DNA of 35,745 nt from a virus (lineage: Duplodnaviria > Caudoviricetes): IMG/VR virus record IMGVR_UViG_3300031949_000611, positions 1-35,745 of that record; one strand, written 5' to 3'. Shown here one piece after another: positions 1 through 8,313 of this stretch. A model generated the notes under the pieces. It made no database searches. It was not told the DNA's origin and saw nothing but the letters and a program-made list of their open reading frames with translations. Within the stretch, counting starts at the first letter, position 1, and each line of letters opens with the position of its first letter. Made by a program: the position numbers and the translations under genes.

Positions 1-1933
1 TCAGTCCTGTTGCCGCCAGACCCCAGCCATTCGGGCCAACATGACCGTTGAGATTCGAATTAGCTACTACCTCGTCAAACAGTATTCCATATACGGTTCC
101 GGTAGCGACTCCGCCCGAGTGGAGATGCATTCCTTCCACGGTATTGACTTCTGAAGTGTAGCGCCCAGCGATGAACTGAAACCAAGACGTGCCGACATTG
201 TGGAAGAGGTTCTCGGCATCCGGGCCTGGGCCAACCTTCCCCCCGTTGAAGCGAATGTTCCAAGTGTCTTCCGCGTACACCAGAGGATAAGGCCAGGTAT
301 ACGGAGTTTCGCCGTGTATGAGAGCATCATTGAAGTGGATGCCGCTCGTACGCTCGGCAGAAGTTCCTCCCCACAAAGCGATGAGTGGGCCGTAGGCGCG
401 CGTTGATTGACAACCGAACGTGTGGCAGTTCGACGGGGCGAACGTATCTCCATCGTCAGCCCAGATTGCGATGTTCGGCTTCCAGATAATGTACTTCGAG
501 CTGGCGGCGACAGGCGCTGTCGAGAGCGTACGCTCAAGAGTTAGATTACCGGACGTATCGTTCGCGGAAATGCGTGCTGTCTCCGCGCGAGCTGGGCCGG
601 AGACTATGGTAACAAACCAGCCCACCCACATGTTCGCCACCCACGTCTTCGAGCTGTCCCGAAGAACCGTGGTGCTCTGCCCCGCGCCAGTCGCCGTCCC
701 CATAGCGACGATGTGATACTTGTCTCCCGTCGCAATACCCGACCCTCCCCAAGCTGCTGTCATGGTTAGGGTCGTCCCCGTGTTTGAGGCGATGGTAAAC
801 ACCAGACCCGCACGGTTGCCTGTTACCATCAGCAGCTTTTCGCCCGCCCACTGGTTTACTTCCCAGTTGCGCGCGGCATCCGTTAGTACACCGGGAGTCG
901 CCGAGTTGTTGGCATCGCAGACGCCAGAATCCCCGCTTACTCCGCAAGCGTTTACATAGATGCCCTGCCAAGTCCACTCTAGGCAACCTTGGATATCGAT
1001 CCCCGTGCCGCGAAAGCCCTCTACATCGATGTCTTTCCAGTGAAAGAAGCCAGCATCATGTACGCGAATGCCGTTTACATTTGGCATACGCCCGTCGGCA
1101 TTGTCGTTCTGGGTCTCGTCATCACGGACACCCTGAACAGTAAAACCGCGCATACTCGGCCCGTAGCGCAGCGTACCCGCACCATCAAAGCTGAGGATAA
1201 ACGAGTTCTTCGCCTGAGACGTAGCAAAGTTAGCGTGAGGTCTGAGTACCGTTGTTCGCTTATCCGAGCCAAGAACCGTGAAGCCAACGTTTGCTCCAGG
1301 CGAAGGCAGATTCAGTTGTTGACCGATCATGTAGATGCCCGGAGGAATGTAGATACCTCCTCCGAAGATACCGTAGAAAACTGCTGTGGCCGCAATAGCA
1401 GCGGCGAACGCGGGGCCGTCGTCGGTTGTAGCGTCACCAACCGCTCCGTAGTCCTTGACATTCAGCAGCCCAGCAGGCTCCTTGATGAAGACGCGCTTGT
1501 CGATGATATTGCTCGCCACAATACTTGTAGCTGCCGCTGGTACGCGCACGGCAGCGAAGACATCTAATGCTAGATTGCCATCAGCATCGAGCATCCCTGC
1601 CGTGGGGAATACAGGATTCGCTGCTGGAGTCCCCGCGAGGACGGACTTCGTTCCGGCATTGTCTGCCAGTACCAGATCGTAACGGTCGAGCGTAGCATGC
1701 GCCGCTGTGATCGTTACGTTCCCCGCCGCAACATTCGACGCGATCCCTTTCACCATATGAATCCCGGCAGCAACGGCCAGCGTCATGTCGGGACTGCCCT
1801 GTGCAGTAACAGCACAGCCAGACACAATGCCAGTACGCGCGCTGCCGGCAGCAATTATTGAAAGGTCGAAGGAGTCGAGCTCCGCTTGATCAGGAACTCC
1901 TGCATCAACCTCGTTGGGAACGCGAAACGCCAT
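1..1933 (-). CDS. Tailspike / pectate-lyase-like beta-helix receptor-binding protein (3'-partial, at least 644 aa; not in ORF track)
   Basis: Translated by hand from ATG 1933 (MAFRVPNEVDAG...) with no stop before base 1. Contains LNVKDYGAVGDATTDDGPAFAAAI...GGIYIPPGIY, the classic N-terminal motif of pectate_lyase_3-type beta-helices, after a ~150-aa virion-anchor-like domain. Confidence 0.85.
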   Translation of the reverse strand, partial: MAFRVPNEVDAGVPDQAELDSFDLSIIAAGSARTGIVSGCAVTAQGSPDMTLAVAAGIHMVKGIASNVAAGNVTITAAHATLDRYDLVLADNAGTKSVLAGTPAANPVFPTAGMLDADGNLALDVFAAVRVPAAATSIVASNIIDKRVFIKEPAGLLNVKDYGAVGDATTDDGPAFAAAIAATAVFYGIFGGGIYIPPGIYMIGQQLNLPSPGANVGFTVLGSDKRTTVLRPHANFATSQAKNSFILSFDGAGTLRYGPSMRGFTVQGVRDDETQNDNADGRMPNVNGIRVHDAGFFHWKDIDVEGFRGTGIDIQGCLEWTWQGIYVNACGVSGDSGVCDANNSATPGVLTDAARNWEVNQWAGEKLLMVTGNRAGLVFTIASNTGTTLTMTAAWGGSGIATGDKYHIVAMGTATGAGQSTTVLRDSSKTWVANMWVGWFVTIVSGPARAETARISANDTSGNLTLERTLSTAPVAASSKYIIWKPNIAIWADDGDTFAPSNCHTFGCQSTRAYGPLIALWGGTSAERTSGIHFNDALIHGETPYTWPYPLVYAEDTWNIRFNGGKVGPGPDAENLFHNVGTSWFQFIAGRYTSEVNTVEGMHLHSGGVATGTVYGILFDEVVANSNLNGHVGPNGWGLAATGL

Positions 1934-1934
1934 T

Positions 1935-2234
1935 CTACTCGTCTACGCTTTCTGCTGCCCCCTCCGCCGCAACACGATAGATACGCTCGACCTCATCGGC
2001 TGGCCACAGCCATTCAAACGAATCCTGATGCGCGGCATTTGTATGATCGAGACCGTGCTGCTGCTCGGCATCCTCACGCATCTTGTAAGGTGTTGCTACG
2101 CCGCCCGGATCATCAAACCGCAGGAAGCCCTCGCCTTGCGGCATCCATTGCTGCGTACTTCTTCCAGGTCGGACGTACCTCTCACCTACTAACACGTACC
2201 CATACGCCATAAGAGCTTCGATTGCGTTTTTCAT
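1935..2234 (-). CDS. Hypothetical protein (99 aa)
   Basis: Start moved to ATG 2234 (MKNAIEAL), an ATGA overlap with the upstream stop. It ends 1 nt before the tailspike ATG. Confidence 0.65.
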   Translation of the reverse strand: MKNAIEALMAYGYVLVGERYVRPGRSTQQWMPQGEGFLRFDDPGGVATPYKMREDAEQQHGLDHTNAAHQDSFEWLWPADEVERIYRVAAEGAAESVDE

Positions 2235-2452
2235 TCGCTGTCTCCTTTCATCCCTGTTCCTTGAAGTGTCCATTCGCCATCAATGAACGATGGCTGGTCG
2301 AACTTGATAGACTCCTGCGAGCACCCCTGCTCCAAGAGCTTCCGGGCACAACCTTGTTGCAGGACAAACAGCCCGCCTGTCTTGACGAAGACCTCAAGGT
2401 CAACCGGAACGCCATTCGACTGCATCGTCGTCTCTACAGTGATCGTCTTCAT
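2231..2452 (-). CDS. Hypothetical protein (73 aa)
   Basis: Fills the gap in the operon; GGAGG upstream; coupled to the next ORF. Confidence 0.65.
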   Translation of the reverse strand: MKTITVETTMQSNGVPVDLEVFVKTGGLFVLQQGCARKLLEQGCSQESIKFDQPSFIDGEWTLQGTGMKGDSE

Positions 2453-2457
2453 GCAGG

Positions 2458-2868
2458 TTAATCCTCCGATACGCTGAGGCCTGCGACAGCGACAGTCGCT
2501 GGTGTGTTCGACGTGTCGATGACCTTCGAGGTCGTCGTACCCCAGTAGAGGATGTTCCCTGCACCGGTGGTCGCGTTGTCACAGATCGCGAACCCGATGA
2601 TCGTGCTAGAGCCCGCAGTACACGCTGCGAAGACGATGGCGTTCGCATTCGTCGTCGTCCCGCCTGCCGCTGCGTTCAAGTCGGCTCCGGCGATGACCTT
2701 GCGCGCATACCCTGTGTAAGTCGCCTCGGTGATGGACGCTCCAGTCGATGCGTCAGTAGGTACGACTGTTGTTAGCGCCATCGCTACAGTCGCGGGCATC
2801 GTGAAGGCCGTCTTCCCAAGCGCATGGTCGAGAATCTTGTTCTCCAGGTAATCGCTTTTGCTTGCCAT
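2458..2868 (-). CDS. Small virion/tail-fibre-associated structural protein
   Basis: SDYLENKILDH...YTGYAR...NANAIVF...GNILYWG pattern, typical of a widespread small phage tail-region protein; Thr/Ala-rich; AAGGAGG SD. Confidence 0.75.
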   Translation of the reverse strand: MASKSDYLENKILDHALGKTAFTMPATVAMALTTVVPTDASTGASITEATYTGYARKVIAGADLNAAAGGTTTNANAIVFAACTAGSSTIIGFAICDNATTGAGNILYWGTTTSKVIDTSNTPATVAVAGLSVSED

Positions 2869-2882
2869 GTCAACCCTCCTTG

Positions 2883-3206
2883 CTACAGTGTCCGCTCATC
2901 TCCATCCAGTGTCAGCGTCAGGATGTTGTTCGTTCCCGCGAGCGCCTGAACAATCTCCGCCGCCTCCAGAACAAAGTACACCCAGATATCCTTCTCCGCA
3001 TTCGCTGCAATACTGAAGGCGTCATATACACGAGCTGCTGCTGCATCCGCGCCGATAGACATCGTAAACGTCACGGGACTACCTGACGGATTCTGAATAT
3101 GGATATGTCTCAAGATGGTCTTCGTTAGCGCAGGTACGGTGTACTTCGTCGCTGCGACATTCGATACCTGCGCAGGGCCGTGTAACCGTTTCGGTGTACT
3201 TGCCAT
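2883..3206 (-). CDS. Small beta-rich virion protein (107 aa)
   Basis: YTVPA...ILRHIHIQN...LEAAEIVQA pattern of small jelly-roll-like phage tail-region proteins; GGAGG SD; lies among fibre genes. Confidence 0.65.
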   Translation of the reverse strand: MASTPKRLHGPAQVSNVAATKYTVPALTKTILRHIHIQNPSGSPVTFTMSIGADAAAARVYDAFSIAANAEKDIWVYFVLEAAEIVQALAGTNNILTLTLDGDERTL

Positions 3207-3231
3207 TGCTTACCCCTCCATTCCTTTCTAT

Positions 3232-4782
3232 CTAGACGCCGATACGTTGCATCGCAAAGTAGGGCGAGTAGTCCCCAGCGGAGAGTACGTTGATGTTCAC
3301 GCCCGCATCGTGCTGTACTTCCAAAGTCACATAATCCCCAGCAGCTAGGTTGACCTCCGCCTCCACCATCTGTGTAATGCCGATGAAACCAAAGTTAGCG
3401 GGCGCAGCGATTTCCAAGTCGAGGGGGTTCCCCGCTCCGTTCTTCCTAATTTGAACAAGGCGATATGTACCCAAGATGCTGTTGTCCCAGAGGACGCGGC
3501 CTCGCACGCGGCACTTGCCCGCTGTCGTTGCTGTAAGCCGCTCAGTATTCGAGGACGTACTGTGGATCGTATCGTTATCCCAATCCTCACTATTAAACGT
3601 GAGCGCCGTCAACGTCGCTGTGACGATAGCGATGTTGGCGTTGTTGAAGACGCGCGCCTGCGGCGCATCATCTGTAGAGAAGCCGCGATCTGGAAGACCC
3701 TTCACGCCACGCCGATAGAGATCGGCGGGTTCATTCAGTACAGTCGCGCCCGTGCAGTCTCCTCCGATATGATGGATGCCTGTCTTAGACTGATAATCGA
3801 TAGTACAGCCCGCGAAGTCACAATCAGACCACTGAGCATCTTGAGAGCCAAGAATAATACCCGTCCTAGCCGTTACCCCGATTAGTATCAATCCTTGAGC
3901 ATCAGCGTCCGCCGAAGCGCACTCAAAGAGTATATCAGCAGCATCCGCTGCAATCAACTTTAATCCTATCACCTTGAAGTCAATGTTCGCTCCAGTAGGG
4001 CCAGTTACCTTGAGTAATCTTCGCCCCGCCGTCAAAGGCTCGCCCATCACCCATTGACCCCCAACAATAGTGCCCCTCAGAACGAGTAAGTCCGCCCCCC
4101 CTTTGTCTCCGATATCGAATAGGTAAGAGCCGTTGATTTCGACGCCGCCCTGCGGGTTTGTAAGCCCGCTTGATTTGATGACGTAATCGGACAAACCGAG
4201 ACCGTTCACCAATAGAAGCCCACTGATCTCCATGTTACGGGCGCTGCCAAAGCCACCAGTAATTTCAATGAGAGAGGCTCCCGTCGGCACACGCGCTCGA
4301 AAGCCTCTGATCGAAACCCCCGTAGATACGGCTCGAACAACAATCGGTGTCACAGAACTCGCAATGGAACGACAATTCTCGACATTCGTATTATCGGTAC
4401 TTGTTGTGTCCTCACCGATAGTTACCTGCCCCGCTTCACTAAAGAGAACTTCGCGCAATATATCGTCATCAGCATTAGACTGCGCGATAGATAAGGCAGC
4501 TACAATGTTAAGCTGCTCAAATGTAACTGCGTTCTTATTGCATGTCACACCTACGACCAGCGCCACCGTGTCCGCCCCCATCCCCTGGATGCGCTGTGTC
4601 TGATCCTCGGCAGCGATGACCACAGGGTCAGTATCCAGCCCACCGTCCTTCATGAGGATCGACGTGCGCCCCTCGATGATTGCTGCGACAAGATGTGTAT
4701 AAAAAAAGATACCGTCCACTACACCCTGTGGAGCTTCACTGGCGACGATAGCGTCGAAATCGCTCTCGGACAGACTGGCCAT
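3232..4782 (-). CDS. Tail fibre/spike: beta-helix-like body with C-terminal C1q/TNF-like domain
   Basis: The middle is rich in Gly/Ile/Asp beta-repeats. The C-terminus ARVFNNAN...LTFNSEDWD...RLTATTAGKCRV...VNLAAGDYVTLEV resembles C1q-like domains. Confidence 0.65.
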   Translation of the reverse strand: MASLSESDFDAIVASEAPQGVVDGIFFYTHLVAAIIEGRTSILMKDGGLDTDPVVIAAEDQTQRIQGMGADTVALVVGVTCNKNAVTFEQLNIVAALSIAQSNADDDILREVLFSEAGQVTIGEDTTSTDNTNVENCRSIASSVTPIVVRAVSTGVSIRGFRARVPTGASLIEITGGFGSARNMEISGLLLVNGLGLSDYVIKSSGLTNPQGGVEINGSYLFDIGDKGGADLLVLRGTIVGGQWVMGEPLTAGRRLLKVTGPTGANIDFKVIGLKLIAADAADILFECASADADAQGLILIGVTARTGIILGSQDAQWSDCDFAGCTIDYQSKTGIHHIGGDCTGATVLNEPADLYRRGVKGLPDRGFSTDDAPQARVFNNANIAIVTATLTALTFNSEDWDNDTIHSTSSNTERLTATTAGKCRVRGRVLWDNSILGTYRLVQIRKNGAGNPLDLEIAAPANFGFIGITQMVEAEVNLAAGDYVTLEVQHDAGVNINVLSAGDYSPYFAMQRIGV

Positions 4783-4783
4783 C

Positions 4784-5428
4784 TTACGTGCTCTCCTGGA
4801 ACTCGACGCCGCCCATCAGCGTGTCCCCGATGACGGATGCGTTGGTCGGGCCATTGCGAATCGCCAACGCCTCGTTCTGCGCTAGCTCGATAGGCGGATT
4901 AAATTCTAGGACATGAACAGGCCCCGTAATATACCCCATCGTCGTCGCCAGCGCAGCACCTGAGAGAATACGTTGGTAATTCAACGTGTAGAAAGCGCCG
5001 CCGAACGTTGCACCAGTAAGCGTCAGCCCCGTATCCAGCACACGCGCCACGGCATTCGGTGCACCGATGCTCGTTCGCTTGATGAGCGGCGTCACGACGA
5101 CGCCGCCAGTGAACGACGTTACGCCTGTTGCTTTGATAAGTTCGTAGCGCATATGCGTTAGTGCTGCCGCACCATCAAATGAAGGCTTCAACCAGATTTT
5201 CGTGATGTAGATCGTCCGGCCCGCCGTCGGCTCATGCAGTCCCCAGACCGAAGCTCCGGCTGCTGTTGCGGCACTTTGCCGAACCAAGACGTTCGCTACC
5301 GAGCGCCCCGTTAGCGACGGATAGACAAGCGGCGTACCGTCCGGCGCGTAGAGGAGAACACGCGCAGCTTTCGCCGTTGGATCAATGGTCAGCAGATCAA
5401 CTGATGCGCCAGATTCTATAACGGCCAT
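4784..5428 (-). CDS. Putative virion/tail-fibre accessory protein (214 aa)
   Basis: Beta-rich Ala/Thr/Gly composition; AAGGA SD; sits between two fibre genes. Confidence 0.6.
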   Translation of the reverse strand: MAVIESGASVDLLTIDPTAKAARVLLYAPDGTPLVYPSLTGRSVANVLVRQSAATAAGASVWGLHEPTAGRTIYITKIWLKPSFDGAAALTHMRYELIKATGVTSFTGGVVVTPLIKRTSIGAPNAVARVLDTGLTLTGATFGGAFYTLNYQRILSGAALATTMGYITGPVHVLEFNPPIELAQNEALAIRNGPTNASVIGDTLMGGVEFQEST

Positions 5429-5440
5429 ACAGATTCCTTT

Positions 5441-7219
5441 CTATGCGCTCACAGCGTAGTCGAACTTGAAGTTTCCCTTGACCGGCCCCTTATGCCCCGC
5501 GTTCCAGAAGCACTCAATGGTCGTCGCATCGAGCACCTTACCCGTCACCGCAATCACGTCCATCTCAGCCTCGTCTACGAGCGTTCCCTTACCTGTATAT
5601 GGCCCATTCGCTTGATTGATCAGCACTGGCTTCCCAACGGTCAGCCCAGCACCGGCTATCGTAAACCTCCCCGCCCTCCGAGCCGCCGTACCGAGGTCGA
5701 CCTCTACGGTAGTAAGAGTAAGGCTCCCGCCCGCACCAGAAGGGCCTGTCGCTCCTTGAGGCCCCACTGGCCCCTGCTCACCGTCCTCACCGTCTAGCCC
5801 TGGAGGACCTGCGGGGCCAGGGACTCCTTCGAGACCCTGAGGGCCCTGGACGCCTTGAGCGCCAGAAGGCCCAGGAGGACCTTCGATAGACTCCCCAGGT
5901 TCGCCGTCTAACCCTGGAGGGCCAGGTGGGCCTTGAATTCCCTGCGCACCAGGGGAGCCGGAGAATCCCTGTGGCCCTGGTGGGCCTTCGGGGCCAACCT
6001 CCCCATCAGCCCCGTCTAATCCAGGAGGGCCGATAGGGCCAGCAGGCCCCGCAACAGCAGGCGTCCCCGAGCCAGGAGCTATCGCCGAGGGGGCATCGAT
6101 GATATCGGCTATCCCGCGAGTAGCAATATTGTCGATGAAGACTCTCTCGTAGTCAGCATCAACGACGATGAGCGTATTGACCGGCACGATAGCCCCGCTC
6201 GCAGGGAAGGCGTAGAGACTTTTGATGAAGAGGCCGCTGTGCGGGTTGATCCCCGCGCTGCCGAAGTTACAGAACGAACCTGAATCGTGCCCGATGCGGA
6301 ATCGGATCTCGGTGAAGGTGAAGTCCTTGTTCGAGGTTGACGAAGCTGTCGACCGGAACAGCGCCTCGGCACCGCTGTAGTGAATAATCAGGTTTGCCCA
6401 GTGAAACTCTTCTGTTCCTGAGCCGCACTCGACACCATCGCTGACAACGTAGCGCCCACCACTGACATCGGTGAAGTTCGGAGGACCTTGTGCAGACCCC
6501 GCTGGCGTGTTCCACCAGTTCGTAACGCCCATGTTGTTGTGATAGCAGCGCAGATGATCAACGCCACCAACACCCGAAGCTGCAAGGTGATAGAAGCCTG
6601 GAACGCTCCCCGTGCATCCTTCGACGCGCAGTTCGATATTCCCAAGCGCGAATGAACCTGTCCCGCGAACAAGATACGGAGCGTCGAAGCTGCAATCATA
6701 GAACCGCACGAGCGACAGCTCGACAGTCGTGGAAACTGTTATGACCGCCTTCGTCGCACTCGACGTGGAAAAATTCAAGTTCTGGAAGATGACCCCACCC
6801 GCAACGTTTCCCGCCGACGCAGTCTGTGTGAAGAGGTCTTGGCTCGCAGCGAACGTGATCGTAAACCGCGTCCGCTCGGGGCCAGCAATGACGATAATCG
6901 CGCTATCGCCAAGGTTGTTGAGCGTGATCGGCCCTTCGGTGAGATCGGCGCATATCCAGATCGTTCGCCTGCCGGACGCACCTGCATCAGTAACCATATC
7001 AGCGAACGCCGCAGCGAGCGTCGTATGTGTCCCCGTCCCGTCGGGGTTCACTACGGCGTCGTAGCAAGGGCCAGGGACGGGCGCGAGCTTCTCAATGACT
7101 TGGGCGATCTGAGCAGGCAACTCGCCAGGGCGACGTTGAATTTGGTATACCTCACGACTTAGGCCGCGAAGAGCACGCTCCGCCTGCTGCGACTCAGCCC
7201 ACTGCTCGATAGTCATCAT
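5441..7219 (-). CDS. Collagen-repeat tail fibre with N-terminal beta-helix-like domain
   Basis: [20 protein letters not shown] resembles the start of pectinesterase/beta-helix domains. It is followed by 35 Gly-X-Y triplets and a ~95-aa C-terminal domain, and lies directly after the hub gene. Confidence 0.8.
   Translation of the reverse strand: MMTIEQWAESQQAERALRGLSREVYQIQRRPGELPAQIAQVIEKLAPVPGPCYDAVVNPDGTGTHTTLAAAFADMVTDAGASGRRTIWICADLTEGPITLNNLGDSAIIVIAGPERTRFTITFAASQDLFTQTASAGNVAGGVIFQNLNFSTSSATKAVITVSTTVELSLVRFYDCSFDAPYLVRGTGSFALGNIELRVEGCTGSVPGFYHLAASGVGGVDHLRCYHNNMGVTNWWNTPAGSAQGPPNFTDVSGGRYVVSDGVECGSGTEEFHWANLIIHYSGAEALFRSTASSTSNKDFTFTEIRFRIGHDSGSFCNFGSAGINPHSGLFIKSLYAFPASGAIVPVNTLIVVDADYERVFIDNIATRGIADIIDAPSAIAPGSGTPAVAGPAGPIGPPGLDGADGEVGPEGPPGPQGFSGSPGAQGIQGPPGPPGLDGEPGESIEGPPGPSGAQGVQGPQGLEGVPGPAGPPGLDGEDGEQGPVGPQGATGPSGAGGSLTLTTVEVDLGTAARRAGRFTIAGAGLTVGKPVLINQANGPYTGKGTLVDEAEMDVIAVTGKVLDATTIECFWNAGHKGPVKGNFKFDYAVSA
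5729..6049 (-). repeat. Collagen Gly-X-Y repeat (18 triplets + IE interruption + 17 triplets)
   Basis: [13 protein letters not shown]...GES-IE-GPP...GPSGAG; GPPGLDG occurs three times. Confidence 0.95.
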
Positions 7220-8313
7220 GAGAACAGTACCGCCCCGACAATATCACGCCGAGAGAGACTCGACTGCGGCGTGATGTGTCTCACATGAATGTTCACGGAC
7301 ACGGGGAAGCCAAGCGGGCTTCCCCATGATGGTACTTCAAGGCGCACGATGTCTCCGAGCTGTAAGCGTCTGACGCTCGCCTTCGTCGCGTCGAGCTGCA
7401 AGAAGACCTCATCGACATTCCTCAGAAGTTCCTCATGCCTCAACTCAGCGACCTGAAGCACGTCGTTCTCGACACGCTCGCTAATGAATATCTCGTGCCG
7501 CTGCGCCGCTGGCCCGATGGCTCGTTCGTTCATAAGGTCGCTCGCGACCGCGCTCAGGGGACTGAACGCCCCTGCCGCTGGCTCCGATGCGGACGTGCTT
7601 CCCTCTGCCGATGTCGTCGCCGACTCTCGCCCCTCGAAGCCTATCGCAGAGCCGAGCACTGTAACGCCCGACGTAATCCGCTCTCGATGATAGAGCCCGT
7701 TCGCCAGGTCGTTGCGATGCAGGACAATGTTCGTTGGGCGCTGGAGCGGGCCGAAGTCGAGCAGAAACCGCAGCCGCTCGCCGTCGTCTTCGACAATACA
7801 CCGCTCGCGGTATTCATACCCTGGCGCTTCCTCGCGCATCGTGTCAATGAAGTCGGAGATCGTCTCCCCGCGCACGTCAATCTCCGTCGCCGTTCCCTGC
7901 GTCGGGTCAATGTCGCCTGGGAAGATACCACCATGCTTCGTGTGCGCAGCGATGAGCGCCTGTTCGATGGCGTACGATGGCGACACACGCCCAGGAAAGC
8001 GCACAGCAAGCTCGATGCTCAGAAGAGCGCGCTTTGGGCCAGTGAGCGAGAGGGAGACCTCCTCAGGCGCGAGAGGGATATCCTGAGCCGCGACGAACCC
8101 CGCCCACGGAGGCTCTCCGATAGTGCTCTCGTCGATGCGCCAGCACATGCCAGGGCGCATCCACGCGATCTGCATGTCGCCGACAGCTACACCGATGTCG
8201 GCTGAGGAGTCCTCCGAGAGACCATAACGACGGTCAATGCTTGCCGCTCGTATGGGGCCAGCGATGAGCGTGTAGGGAGGCTTCGGCTCGTGGACATAGA
8301 GCCTCACACCCAA
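7216..8313 (-). CDS. Tail tip/baseplate hub protein (Tal/gp27-like)
   Basis: Follows Dit; WAGFV and C-terminal LQLGDIVRL motifs are typical of siphophage hub proteins. An alternative start is GTG 8307. Confidence 0.65.
   Translation of the reverse strand: MGVRLYVHEPKPPYTLIAGPIRAASIDRRYGLSEDSSADIGVAVGDMQIAWMRPGMCWRIDESTIGEPPWAGFVAAQDIPLAPEEVSLSLTGPKRALLSIELAVRFPGRVSPSYAIEQALIAAHTKHGGIFPGDIDPTQGTATEIDVRGETISDFIDTMREEAPGYEYRERCIVEDDGERLRFLLDFGPLQRPTNIVLHRNDLANGLYHRERITSGVTVLGSAIGFEGRESATTSAEGSTSASEPAAGAFSPLSAVASDLMNERAIGPAAQRHEIFISERVENDVLQVAELRHEELLRNVDEVFLQLDATKASVRRLQLGDIVRLEVPSWGSPLGFPVSVNIHVRHITPQSSLSRRDIVGAVLFS

Noticed and set aside
67-1682. Short ORFs listed in the track for the first 1.9 kb
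   Set aside because: Superseded by one continuous minus-strand frame from 1933 to the window edge.
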